64,000 nt of DNA from a virus: positions 34,767-98,766 of IMG/VR virus record IMGVR_UViG_3300007735_000795; one strand, 5' to 3'. Shown in pieces: positions 55,585 to 64,000 of this stretch. The notes beneath the pieces were generated by a model. The model searched no databases. It had not been told where the DNA came from and worked only from the letters and a program-made list of their open reading frames with translations. Position numbers and translations under genes: made by a program. Numbering within the stretch: position 1 is the stretch's first letter; each line of letters begins with the position of its first letter.

Positions 55585-57309
55585 TTATCCTTCACATGAA
55601 ACGCAATCTGATAAGCGTTGTAAATTGTCTCCTCTTAGAACACTTTCAGTGCGTAAGTAATACAATGTTTTAATACCTTGTTTCCAAGCCTCTTTATGTA
55701 CTTGACTAATCCATTTAGGTGTGTCATTTGGATCAAAGGTCAAGTTTAATGAAATTGCTTGATCAACATATTTTTGTCTAATACCATTTTGACGAACAAT
55801 TTCTAACTGATTAATTTCTTTAAATGTTAAGAATACTTCTTTTTCTTCATCAGTTAAAATATAATCAGGAACATTTACTACTGAACCTTGATCTTTTAAA
55901 ATTTGATCCCAAACACTGTCAATGTTGTATCCTTTTTTAGTAAGCAATTCTTCTAAAATTTTATTTCGCTTAATAAATACACCTTTAGCTGTTTTTAAGT
56001 TATAAACATTAGCAGGAATAGGTTCAATTGAAGGTGATACACCTCCTGAAATGTGAGCGTTTGATACAGTTGGTGCAGGTGCTAAATGATGGGTATGTCT
56101 TAAACCTGTACCTTTACACCATTCTGGTTCACCATATAATACTGCTTGGTCACGAGATGCTTTTAATACTTCTTGTTCAATAAAATCAAACATCATTCTA
56201 GTGTAAGAATTTGCTTGAATACCTACAAACGGCAATCCTTTTTGTTGTAGGAAAGTATGCCAACCTAAAACACCAACTCCAATTGCTCTACCTTTAGTAG
56301 CTGAGCGAACTGTGTTTTCCATGAATTTAATGTTTTTAGCTCTATCAATAAATTCTTGAAGTACACCTTCTAAAAACCAACAAGATAATTCAGGTAATGT
56401 CATTCCATTTTCAAACTTAAAATCTTTCCATTCATCCCATCTTGCTAAGTTTAAAGATGATAAACAACAAATAAATGAATGTAATTCATCAGTATAAAGA
56501 GCAATCTCAGTACAAATGTTAGTCATTGATACTTTTAAGTTGTTCTTTTTATATGCTTCAGGATTAGCATTATTAATATTATCCTCAAACATAATATAAG
56601 GTTCACCTGTTTCAAGACGTGTCTTAAGAATTTCACCCCAAATCTTTAATGATTTAGGATCTTTATTCTCAAGTTTATCCATAAATTCATCATCAATAAC
56701 AACACACTGATGAAGATTTAAACACTGTCTGTTAACATCACCTTTTGGTCTACGAATTTGTAAAAATTCTTCAATGTCTGGGTGGTTAATGTTTAAGTTA
56801 ACAGATGCTGCTCCTCTACGAACACTACCTTGATTAGTAGCTAAGATTGTAGAGTCATAAATTTTACACCATGGAACTACACCTTCTGATACTCCATTGT
56901 CTTTAATGGCTTTACCTCGTCCTCTAATACGAGATACACCAATACCAACACCTCCACCTTGAGATGATAATCTCATTAGTTCTGAGTTAGCATCAGCAAT
57001 ACCTTCAATACTATCACCTACATCAATACCAAAGCATGAAATAGGCATTCCACGTTCAGTACCCATGTTTGATAATACAGGTGATGCTAAGCATAACCAA
57101 TTTTTAACCATTGCTTCATAAAACAATGGTTGTAAGTCTTTACGTCTTAGACGGCGAGCAGCAGCTTTACTTACTCTTTTATATGCGTCAAATACATCTT
57201 CATCAGGTAATAAATAACCTTTTGAAATCATACTAACAGCAATTTCATCCATCCATTCTGGGTAGTGTTTACCCTTAATCCAATTTGTTGTATCTATTTG
57301 TGAACTCAT
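55585..57309 (-). CDS. nrdA: ribonucleotide reductase class Ia alpha subunit (no ATP cone)
   Basis: PISCF, GGGVG, RRGA, TNICTEI, APT.S, DQAISLNL, KTLYY.R, C-terminal CVSCEG. Confidence 0.96.
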   Translation of the reverse strand: MSSQIDTTNWIKGKHYPEWMDEIAVSMISKGYLLPDEDVFDAYKRVSKAAARRLRRKDLQPLFYEAMVKNWLCLASPVLSNMGTERGMPISCFGIDVGDSIEGIADANSELMRLSSQGGGVGIGVSRIRGRGKAIKDNGVSEGVVPWCKIYDSTILATNQGSVRRGAASVNLNINHPDIEEFLQIRRPKGDVNRQCLNLHQCVVIDDEFMDKLENKDPKSLKIWGEILKTRLETGEPYIMFEDNINNANPEAYKKNNLKVSMTNICTEIALYTDELHSFICCLSSLNLARWDEWKDFKFENGMTLPELSCWFLEGVLQEFIDRAKNIKFMENTVRSATKGRAIGVGVLGWHTFLQQKGLPFVGIQANSYTRMMFDFIEQEVLKASRDQAVLYGEPEWCKGTGLRHTHHLAPAPTVSNAHISGGVSPSIEPIPANVYNLKTAKGVFIKRNKILEELLTKKGYNIDSVWDQILKDQGSVVNVPDYILTDEEKEVFLTFKEINQLEIVRQNGIRQKYVDQAISLNLTFDPNDTPKWISQVHKEAWKQGIKTLYYLRTESVLRGDNLQRLSDCVSCEG

Positions 57310-57318
57310 AATCTTGTT

Positions 57319-58269
57319 TTATAAATCATCCCAATCTGCTGTAGACTTAGCATATGCTGTTACTCTACCTGCAAAGAAATCTTGATGTGTTTTACCTGAT
57401 GTTAAATGTCCAAACCATTCAATTTGTTTTAAAAGATTAGGATCAATATCATTATAAATTGCTTTATAACCTAATTCAATCATTTTTTCATTAGCACGGG
57501 CTTTAATAAAGTTTTTTAATTGTTCTTTATTTAAACCTTCAACACTACCCATCTCAAACGCTTTATCAATAAAGTCAAATTCAAGCTGTACTGATAAATG
57601 ACATGCTTCAATTATTTTTTCTCTTAACTCGTCAGTGTTTAATTCTGGTTGTTCCTCTAATAGTGTTCTAAATAACCAGCAACCTGCTTTGGAGTGTAGT
57701 GATTCATCTCTAACACTCCATTCTACAATTTGGCCTGTACCTTTCATTAAGTTTCTTAATTGGAAACTCATCAACACAGCAAATGAAGAAAACAAATTTA
57801 CACCTTCAGTGAATGCTGAAAATATAGCTAATGAAATTGCTCTGTCTTCTATTGTTTCACCTGGTGTTTCAATCAAACGTTCGATTTTAGCTTTAGATAC
57901 TTCGTCTTCTAAAAATGCTTTAAAGTCATCTAAACCTAATTCTTCATTTAACCTAGCATATGCTTCAGCATGGATGCTTTCAAAATCAGCAAATACACGA
58001 GCCATAGCTTGGATTTCGGGTTTCGGAAACCAAACTGATACTTTTGTGGACCAATAATCGTTAACATGTACTTCTGTTTGAGCAAATGATTTTAATATGT
58101 TTCCAATTAAATTCTTTTCAGGTTCTGTTAATTTTAATTTCCAATCGTTCAAATCTGATGCGAGTGGAACTTCATCTGCTAACCAATGTGCTCTATGTTG
58201 ATCTTTATAGAAATCAAATGCTGTTTGGTACTCAAATGGTTTATAAAAATTTCTTGCGTCGGTAATCAT
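57319..58269 (-). CDS. nrdB: ribonucleotide reductase class Ia beta subunit
   Basis: W...EV, ESIH.EAY, EGV.LFSSF, RDESLH, DFFA. Confidence 0.96.
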   Translation of the reverse strand: MITDARNFYKPFEYQTAFDFYKDQHRAHWLADEVPLASDLNDWKLKLTEPEKNLIGNILKSFAQTEVHVNDYWSTKVSVWFPKPEIQAMARVFADFESIHAEAYARLNEELGLDDFKAFLEDEVSKAKIERLIETPGETIEDRAISLAIFSAFTEGVNLFSSFAVLMSFQLRNLMKGTGQIVEWSVRDESLHSKAGCWLFRTLLEEQPELNTDELREKIIEACHLSVQLEFDFIDKAFEMGSVEGLNKEQLKNFIKARANEKMIELGYKAIYNDIDPNLLKQIEWFGHLTSGKTHQDFFAGRVTAYAKSTADWDDL

Positions 58270-58286
58270 ACTCCTAATATAATAAG

Positions 58287-59651
58287 TTATTTACTTAATT
58301 CAAAGAATTTCTGCTGAAGAAGATCTCTGTCTAGATTGTTGATGTCACTAAACTCGTTTACGGGTTTAGAAGGAGTATATTGATCTGGGTCGTCCTCATA
58401 ATTATCAAAGATTTCCATATGACCAGTAGAGGTATCGATTTTGGCTCCAAATGTTAAGCCATCTATACCATATCTATTTTTCATTATATGAAAACGACCT
58501 GTTCCTTTCACTTTATCTTCTTTTTTACGTGAGAGAGAAATAGCCACATCTGTAATCATGATTTTGTCATAGCTACCTGCGGCTTTATCACCCTCGATGA
58601 TATCATCTTTGGCTCCAGCACGGTTTACCTGTGATACACTCCAAATTGGAATTTTTAACTCACGAGCTAAACCCTTTGTGCTTACATAAATATCATCTAT
58701 TTCATCTTTCCTTTCACGATTGTTCTTCTTTGAACGAAGAAGATCTACATAGTCAATAATAATTAAATCGGGTTTAAAGCCTTGATCAATACATTTTTGT
58801 ACGTGTGCTTCTAATGTTGAGATTGATGCTTTACCTGGGGAGTATTCTTTAACTACTAATTTGCCTGGTAATTGAGTAATAACTGATTCAACTTTAGTTT
58901 TGTGTTTCATAATTTCATTTACAGGCACACCAGTAAAGAAAGCATCATATCGTCTACCAACATAATCCTCTCCTAATTCAAGTGTATAGTGAATAACATT
59001 AAACCCTAATTCAACAGCTGTACCTCCTAAAGCAATTAATGTCCATGATTTACCACCACCAGGATTACCAAATATTAAACCGAAATCTCCATTTCCTAAA
59101 CCACCTTGCATTAGGTTATTAAACAATATCCAAGGTGTAGGTATAGTAATTCTGTGTTCTTCTCTGTATCGGGTTTCAATATCTTTATCATATTCTAGAC
59201 CAATATTTTTGTCACCACCTGCTTTTAAAGCATTATCAACTAATCCTCTAATTGAGTCATAATCACCTGCTTTTAATAAATCTACAGATGTAAGTAGTGC
59301 TTTTTTAAGCTGTTGGTTTTTACAGAAGTTAGAGAATTCTTCTTCTACATAAGCTAGATCTTCATCTGATGCTTTGTATGCTTCTTTAAGTTGTTCTTTT
59401 ACTGAAAGTTGTAGTACTTCGTTTTCTAGTTTTTTAACTTCTACTTTTAATACTTCCATACTAGGTGTAGTATGGTATTTTTCATAATAATTAAGAATTT
59501 CTTTAATAACCCACTTATGTGCACTGTTATCAAAATATTCTTCACTTAAAATATCATGTATATTAGTTAAAAATTCCTTATGTGTTAATAAGGATGATAA
59601 TACTTTAATTTGAAAATGCGTCCCGTACTGGGAAAGTGTGCTTAATGTCAT
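58287..59651 (-). CDS. replicative DnaB-like helicase (gp41-like)
   Basis: GNPGGGKS, TLEL, IIDYVDLL, SQVNR, KNRYG. Confidence 0.93.
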   Translation of the reverse strand: MTLSTLSQYGTHFQIKVLSSLLTHKEFLTNIHDILSEEYFDNSAHKWVIKEILNYYEKYHTTPSMEVLKVEVKKLENEVLQLSVKEQLKEAYKASDEDLAYVEEEFSNFCKNQQLKKALLTSVDLLKAGDYDSIRGLVDNALKAGGDKNIGLEYDKDIETRYREEHRITIPTPWILFNNLMQGGLGNGDFGLIFGNPGGGKSWTLIALGGTAVELGFNVIHYTLELGEDYVGRRYDAFFTGVPVNEIMKHKTKVESVITQLPGKLVVKEYSPGKASISTLEAHVQKCIDQGFKPDLIIIDYVDLLRSKKNNRERKDEIDDIYVSTKGLARELKIPIWSVSQVNRAGAKDDIIEGDKAAGSYDKIMITDVAISLSRKKEDKVKGTGRFHIMKNRYGIDGLTFGAKIDTSTGHMEIFDNYEDDPDQYTPSKPVNEFSDINNLDRDLLQQKFFELSK

Positions 59652-59670
59652 AACTTATTTATTTAAAAAC

Positions 59671-60201
59671 TTATTTTTTTACTAATATAAAACCATCTCT
59701 ATAAGTATCAAAACCAAAATTAGGAATTTGTTGAAGTTGTTTTGATATAAAGGCTTTATATAAATTTGATTTTTGAGAAATATCATCACTATCTATTTCC
59801 TTTGATGATCCTCTAATATATAATCCGTTAATGTCGTCTAAATAACCATCTTCATTTTTTAAAAAATCTTTTACAATATCTACTATAGTTGATAAGATAG
59901 TAAGTAATGTTTTTAAATCTGTTTTAGCAAATTGTTTTTCAACACCTTCTACATCATAACTTACATTATACACATCATCTAATTTTCGATACTTTGGTGG
60001 AAAATAATACTGTTGTTCAATGTCATCAAACATTGAAAATGCTACAGTTACTATTTTTTTACCTTTTTCTATCTTAATTGGAAATTCATATATAGTAGAA
60101 GAACGTTTTTTCCATTTTAAAGGAGAAATATTTGCTTCCCCGATTTCTTTTACAAGAATTTCCTGAATTAAGGGTACAAGTAATGTTTTATGAGATGCCA
60201 T
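59671..60201 (-). CDS. hypothetical protein (putative packaged protein)
   Basis: LIQEILVKEIGE leader; class-2 motif at 60206-60213. Confidence 0.7.
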   Translation of the reverse strand: MASHKTLLVPLIQEILVKEIGEANISPLKWKKRSSTIYEFPIKIEKGKKIVTVAFSMFDDIEQQYYFPPKYRKLDDVYNVSYDVEGVEKQFAKTDLKTLLTILSTIVDIVKDFLKNEDGYLDDINGLYIRGSSKEIDSDDISQKSNLYKAFISKQLQQIPNFGFDTYRDGFILVKK

Positions 60202-60212
60202 GCTGATAAATA

Positions 60213-61256
60213 TTACTTAAAACTGCTTAGTGTTGTAAATGTATTTCTAATCCAAAATTCTACATTTTTTAATGTATGTCCTAATCCGTCTTCATTGTAT
60301 AGTTTTGTAAAATCAGCCGCTTTAATTTTTTCTAACGGAGACATTGTTAACTGTTCTATACATTTTTTTTCTTCATCATCTACTAAAGGATTACTCAAAT
60401 CCATTATTTTATAATGTTTTTGTAGTGTTTCATAGTCATATATTACTCTTGAGTATATAACGTGTTCTTTATATTTGCTTTCACAAATATTATGTAAATC
60501 ATCTAATGACATTTCCCTTTCAGCTAATTCAGGAAAAAATTTGAATAACTTTTTAGGCCCTAATCCTTTTAATCCTGGTATTTTATCTGAATTGTCTCCC
60601 ATAAGTGTTTTATATAAAATAAAATTCTTAGCAGGGAGACCAAATTTTTCTTTTACTAAAGATGGAGTATAGTGTTCTTTAACCATAGGACTATAAACAG
60701 TAATGTTGTCATTTACTAATTGTAAAAAGTCCTTATCCGCAGACACTATGGTACATTTAGAGTTATGTGTAGTTGTTAAGTAGTGAGTTAAATATGCTAT
60801 AATGTCATCTGCTTCTACTTTATCAAGTACAATAAGTTTAATAGGTAAACACTTTAGATAGTGAATGAGTCTAGATATCTGATTTATTTTAGATTCATTT
60901 TCTTCATCTAAGTCTTCAAATGTAGAACTTCTATTAACTCTAGAAAGATTACGACCTGATTTGTATTCGGGGAGAAGGTTCTTCCTGTTTATGGTTGAAC
61001 CTACTCCGTCAAATACAATGTATACAGAGGTGGGGGTGTTTTGGTTAATTAAAAAACTTAATGAACGTAAAAATCCTCCTAAGCCTCCTACATGGACACC
61101 CTCCTGATTAACATAATTTATAACAGCAAAGTTTCTTAAAAACAGATTTAAACCATCAATAATTAGAACCCTATCATGTTTTTTAAACGTTGCTTGTTTT
61201 GGTTCGTTACCAGGAGTAATATTGTTTAGTAATTTAAACAATTCATCTTTATCCAT
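60213..61256 (-). CDS. 5'-3' exonuclease / flap endonuclease (T4 RNase H-like)
   Basis: IDGLN, VFDG, YK..R, EADD, SADKD, GDNSDKIPG.KG.GPK. Confidence 0.94.
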   Translation of the reverse strand: MDKDELFKLLNNITPGNEPKQATFKKHDRVLIIDGLNLFLRNFAVINYVNQEGVHVGGLGGFLRSLSFLINQNTPTSVYIVFDGVGSTINRKNLLPEYKSGRNLSRVNRSSTFEDLDEENESKINQISRLIHYLKCLPIKLIVLDKVEADDIIAYLTHYLTTTHNSKCTIVSADKDFLQLVNDNITVYSPMVKEHYTPSLVKEKFGLPAKNFILYKTLMGDNSDKIPGLKGLGPKKLFKFFPELAEREMSLDDLHNICESKYKEHVIYSRVIYDYETLQKHYKIMDLSNPLVDDEEKKCIEQLTMSPLEKIKAADFTKLYNEDGLGHTLKNVEFWIRNTFTTLSSFK

Positions 61257-61257
61257 G

Positions 61258-62343
61258 TTATTCTTCGTCTATTAAGGTAATATTTTCTTTACTTTCTTCC
61301 CATTCTGATTTGTCTTCAGTAAGACCAATACCGTCGAGACTTCCTAAAATATGTACCCATTCATGAGCATGTTGTTTTTTATACTCATTAATGTCTTTAG
61401 TATCATCACTAATAAAACCATGAACTGTAGCTACAACTGTGTTTTTAGTTTGTAGACCAGTAACGTGGTTTTTATCTACTGATACTTTGGTACGAACTGC
61501 AAATTCTACTTCTCTGCCATCTTTAGTTGCTTTTAATTTGCTGGTTCCACTATTGGTAATATTACCAAATGTAAGAACAATTGAAGCATCTAAAAACATT
61601 GTTTCACCATTTTTCATTTTCATTTTAGGTTGAGCAAATATATTTTCAGCTGGTGCGATCCAGATTTTATTAATTGCTACCATTGAATTAGTAAATGGTG
61701 AACTTTCTTTACGTGATAGTGGAAAACGTTGATTAATAAAATTTCCAAATTGTTGTGACATTGCACCTGCATTCCACATTGGATTATTTTTATTTGCTTC
61801 AACACTCATTTTACAAGGTATAGAACCTATTGAATCCCAAAAGAAACATAAATCATAAGGTAAATTACCTTTCTTTTGTTCATCTAATAAGTCAGCTATA
61901 AATTCTGCTACATCTTCAATAGTACCTAATGCACTTCTGTCGTTGTATAAGAAGAAACCTTTATAGTCTATAATTTCACCTGTTGTTTTGTCAACAACGT
62001 CTTCAACTTGAAAACCCATTTGTTTAGCATGTTCCCAAGACCATTTCATCTCTGTAATAATGAACACAGGCAAAATGCCCATTTTCTGGGCATTAATTGC
62101 CAATTCAAGTAAAGCTGTTGTTTTACCTGTATTACTGTGTCCTCTTAAAAGGTTGATATGGCCTATAGCTGCGCCTGGAAGTGAAGTTGAATCTTGTAAT
62201 GCTTCTGAGAAGGGGATCCATCTTTGTTCTTTAAACTTAACTGTACTGTTAAGTAGTTTTTTCTCTTTGAATTTATCAAGGTTGAAACTTGCTTTAATTT
62301 CTTCAGAGACTGCTGTCATTAAAGATTCTTTCTTTTTAGCCAT
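61258..62343 (-). CDS. RecA/UvsX-like recombinase
   Basis: GHSNTGKTT Walker A, WDSIG Walker B, KNH. Confidence 0.85.
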   Translation of the reverse strand: MAKKKESLMTAVSEEIKASFNLDKFKEKKLLNSTVKFKEQRWIPFSEALQDSTSLPGAAIGHINLLRGHSNTGKTTALLELAINAQKMGILPVFIITEMKWSWEHAKQMGFQVEDVVDKTTGEIIDYKGFFLYNDRSALGTIEDVAEFIADLLDEQKKGNLPYDLCFFWDSIGSIPCKMSVEANKNNPMWNAGAMSQQFGNFINQRFPLSRKESSPFTNSMVAINKIWIAPAENIFAQPKMKMKNGETMFLDASIVLTFGNITNSGTSKLKATKDGREVEFAVRTKVSVDKNHVTGLQTKNTVVATVHGFISDDTKDINEYKKQHAHEWVHILGSLDGIGLTEDKSEWEESKENITLIDEE

Positions 62344-62361
62344 AATCTGTTTTAATTAAAA

Positions 62362-63207
62362 TTAATCTTCATCCTCAAACAAAGCATCAAATTTAGCTGC
62401 TTTAGATGTTTTTGCAGGAGTTGTTTTTAAAGCATAGTTTGCTTTTGCTTGTGGAGCAGGTGATTCATCCTCGTCTTTCCAAGGCAAATCATTTGGTGTT
62501 TCGTCTTCAGTATCAACGTTTTCACCACCTTCTTCAGCTTCAGGATTTAAGAATTTTTCTAACACACTTTTAATTTCTTCAAATGTCATTTTTCTTTGAA
62601 GTTCCAAAATGTTAGGCTGTTCAGATAACCATGACTTGATAGTGTCTTTATCTGTACCCAAAACAGATGTTTTTGGTTTAACACGAATTGATGATTTTAA
62701 TCCTTGACGTCCACCAATGTCTCCAGTTACAGTTTCAACTGTAAAATCACGACCATCATTGATGTCTGTAAAGTCTCCATAATCTTCATCTTCGGCTATA
62801 CCTAAAAGTTGAATATAAATTTCTTTACCAAATTCCCAAAGGCGAACACCTTTGTCTTCTTCACCACGCACAATTACAGGAGCAAAAACTCGCATTTTTG
62901 GGTCTAGTTTTTTAGCTAGTCTCCAGTTTTCTTTGTCGCTTGTACTACGAAGTTGTTTAGCAAATTCAACAATAGGGTCTTTTTCACCCCAATTTGTTAA
63001 TGCATAAATAGGGAATTTAGACAATCCATAGTGTACATACACTTCTTGAAATGGATTTTCTTTGTTAATAGCTGAAGGAACAATTCGGATTTGAAATTTA
63101 CCTTCTTGTTTTGGTTTCCAAATGTATTTGGAGTAATCAACTTTTTCTTTCTTTTGCCCAGTTGATTGTAAGGCATTCAGTTTTTGTTTAATAGCGTTAA
63201 TGTCCAT
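62362..63207 (-). CDS. single-stranded DNA-binding protein (gp32-like)
   Basis: WKP, IRIVP, VRLWEFGK, D...GRDF, acidic FDALFEDED tail. Confidence 0.82.
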   Translation of the reverse strand: MDINAIKQKLNALQSTGQKKEKVDYSKYIWKPKQEGKFQIRIVPSAINKENPFQEVYVHYGLSKFPIYALTNWGEKDPIVEFAKQLRSTSDKENWRLAKKLDPKMRVFAPVIVRGEEDKGVRLWEFGKEIYIQLLGIAEDEDYGDFTDINDGRDFTVETVTGDIGGRQGLKSSIRVKPKTSVLGTDKDTIKSWLSEQPNILELQRKMTFEEIKSVLEKFLNPEAEEGGENVDTEDETPNDLPWKDEDESPAPQAKANYALKTTPAKTSKAAKFDALFEDED

Positions 63208-63233
63208 AAAAACTTGGTTTTAAATTGTTATTA

Positions 63234-63265
63234 TTAATATACTACATTTTTTTAATAAGGCCAAA
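63234..63265 (-). promoter_or_regulatory. class-1 promoter for ssb operon
   Basis: TTTGG..AGTATATTAA at standard spacing. Confidence 0.7.
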
Positions 63266-63343
63266 TTATACTGCCTTTTTGTTCGTAGTGTTTTCCTTAA
63301 CTTGTTCTAACCTAAATGACACCGTTGTGTCTATTATAAATAC

Positions 63344-63787
63344 TTACAACTCTACAATTTTATACACTTTTGTATTAAGTTGTTTTAATTCGTTGTGTTG
63401 AGTAAGTAGAATACAATTTCTATAATGCTGCCAATTGATACGGTATGATACATCTACTACGCCTCCGTTTAATTTTTTAATTAATTCATTTAAGGCATTA
63501 ATTGTATAAAGAGTATTTGTTTCTTTTTTACGATGTACCAAAATTGTATTTTCTGGAATGTCATTTAAGTTATCATAGTCAATGTTATATGTGCAAACAT
63601 ATTCATTGTTGCTCTTAACTTGTAAGACAAAAATTTTATTATACAATACTGTATATTTATACTTTATATCCTCTATAAGACTGTCCACCTCATCTAGTTC
63701 TGAGAATGTACAAAACAGTTTATTTCCACTCACGTCATCAAAGTTTAAAAATGTTGTATCAAACCCGTAGTAGGGTTTGTCATACAT
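63344..63787 (-). CDS. hypothetical protein
   Basis: NKLFCTF..HRKKETNTLYTINALN; likely start MYDKP at 63787. Confidence 0.75.
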   Translation of the reverse strand: MYDKPYYGFDTTFLNFDDVSGNKLFCTFSELDEVDSLIEDIKYKYTVLYNKIFVLQVKSNNEYVCTYNIDYDNLNDIPENTILVHRKKETNTLYTINALNELIKKLNGGVVDVSYRINWQHYRNCILLTQHNELKQLNTKVYKIVEL

Positions 63788-64000
63788 ATGGGGTGAATGG
63801 TTTAAGGTCATGGTATGTTTTTCCATATTTCATTTTAAATTTCAAATTATTAGATGCGAATACTTCGCATATTTTTTCTAATAATTCAGATTCGTTTTTA
63901 TCAATGTCAAATAAAAAGGCATCGTAAGTATATAAAACAAGTTTACTATTACATCCTTTTAATATAGGTAGCATATCTTGTAATAACAAAATATTTTGTG
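63780..64000 (-). CDS. family A DNA polymerase-like protein, C-terminal end (partial)
   Basis: Frame open to window edge; LVLYTYDAFLFD resembles PolA motif C and ends KYGKTY. Confidence 0.65.
   Translation of the reverse strand, partial: QNILLLQDMLPILKGCNSKLVLYTYDAFLFDIDKNESELLEKICEVFASNNLKFKMKYGKTYHDLKPFTPYV

Noticed and set aside
1727-63927. All + strand ORFs in the track (e.g. 44592..45227, 57635..58057)
   Set aside because: They are antisense shadows of well-supported - strand genes, with no motifs or promoters
1-64000. Stop-codon reassignment
   Set aside because: Core genes are full length under code 11; TAA, TGA and TAG all end genes at plausible boundaries
1-64000. tRNA/rRNA genes, integrase, transposase, reverse transcriptase/DGR
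   Set aside because: None recognised by eye; intergenic gaps are short and accounted for

Overview
This is a 64 kb segment of a large, AT-rich, lytic dsDNA tailed phage. All credible genes lie on the - strand. The host is very likely Bacteroidota, based on TTG..TAnnTTn-type promoters, a type IX secretion C-terminal domain and a SpoIIE-type phosphatase. Reading in transcription order (high to low coordinates): (1) a T4-like replication/recombination core with a partial PolA-like gene, SSB, RecA/UvsX, 5'-3' exonuclease, DnaB-type helicase and NrdB/NrdA; (2) a 7-deazaguanine cluster (TGT/DpdA-like, queC, queD, queE, folE) that also carries an HPRT-like phosphoribosyltransferase and a MazG-like pyrophosphatase; (3) a 14-aa-repeat fibre gene; (4) a family B DNA polymerase split into two genes by an inserted small gene plus an HNH endonuclease; (5) sliding clamp, GroES/GroEL, clamp loader and a Cas4/RecB-like nuclease; (6) a ~14.5 kb glycosyltransferase / CDP-sugar / methyltransferase block; (7) small regulators, ClpP-like protease and ThyA; (8) a lipoprotein-PP2C-GAF membrane module; (9) an unusual lysis cassette; (10) an array of micro-genes joined by a repeated junction. 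Two promoter classes are visible. Several self-contained cassettes (late-type promoter, gene with an (I/L)xE leader, fused terminator/early promoter) interrupt the early operons, and one of them sits inside the polymerase gene. All functional calls come from motifs recognised by eye; no database searches were run.
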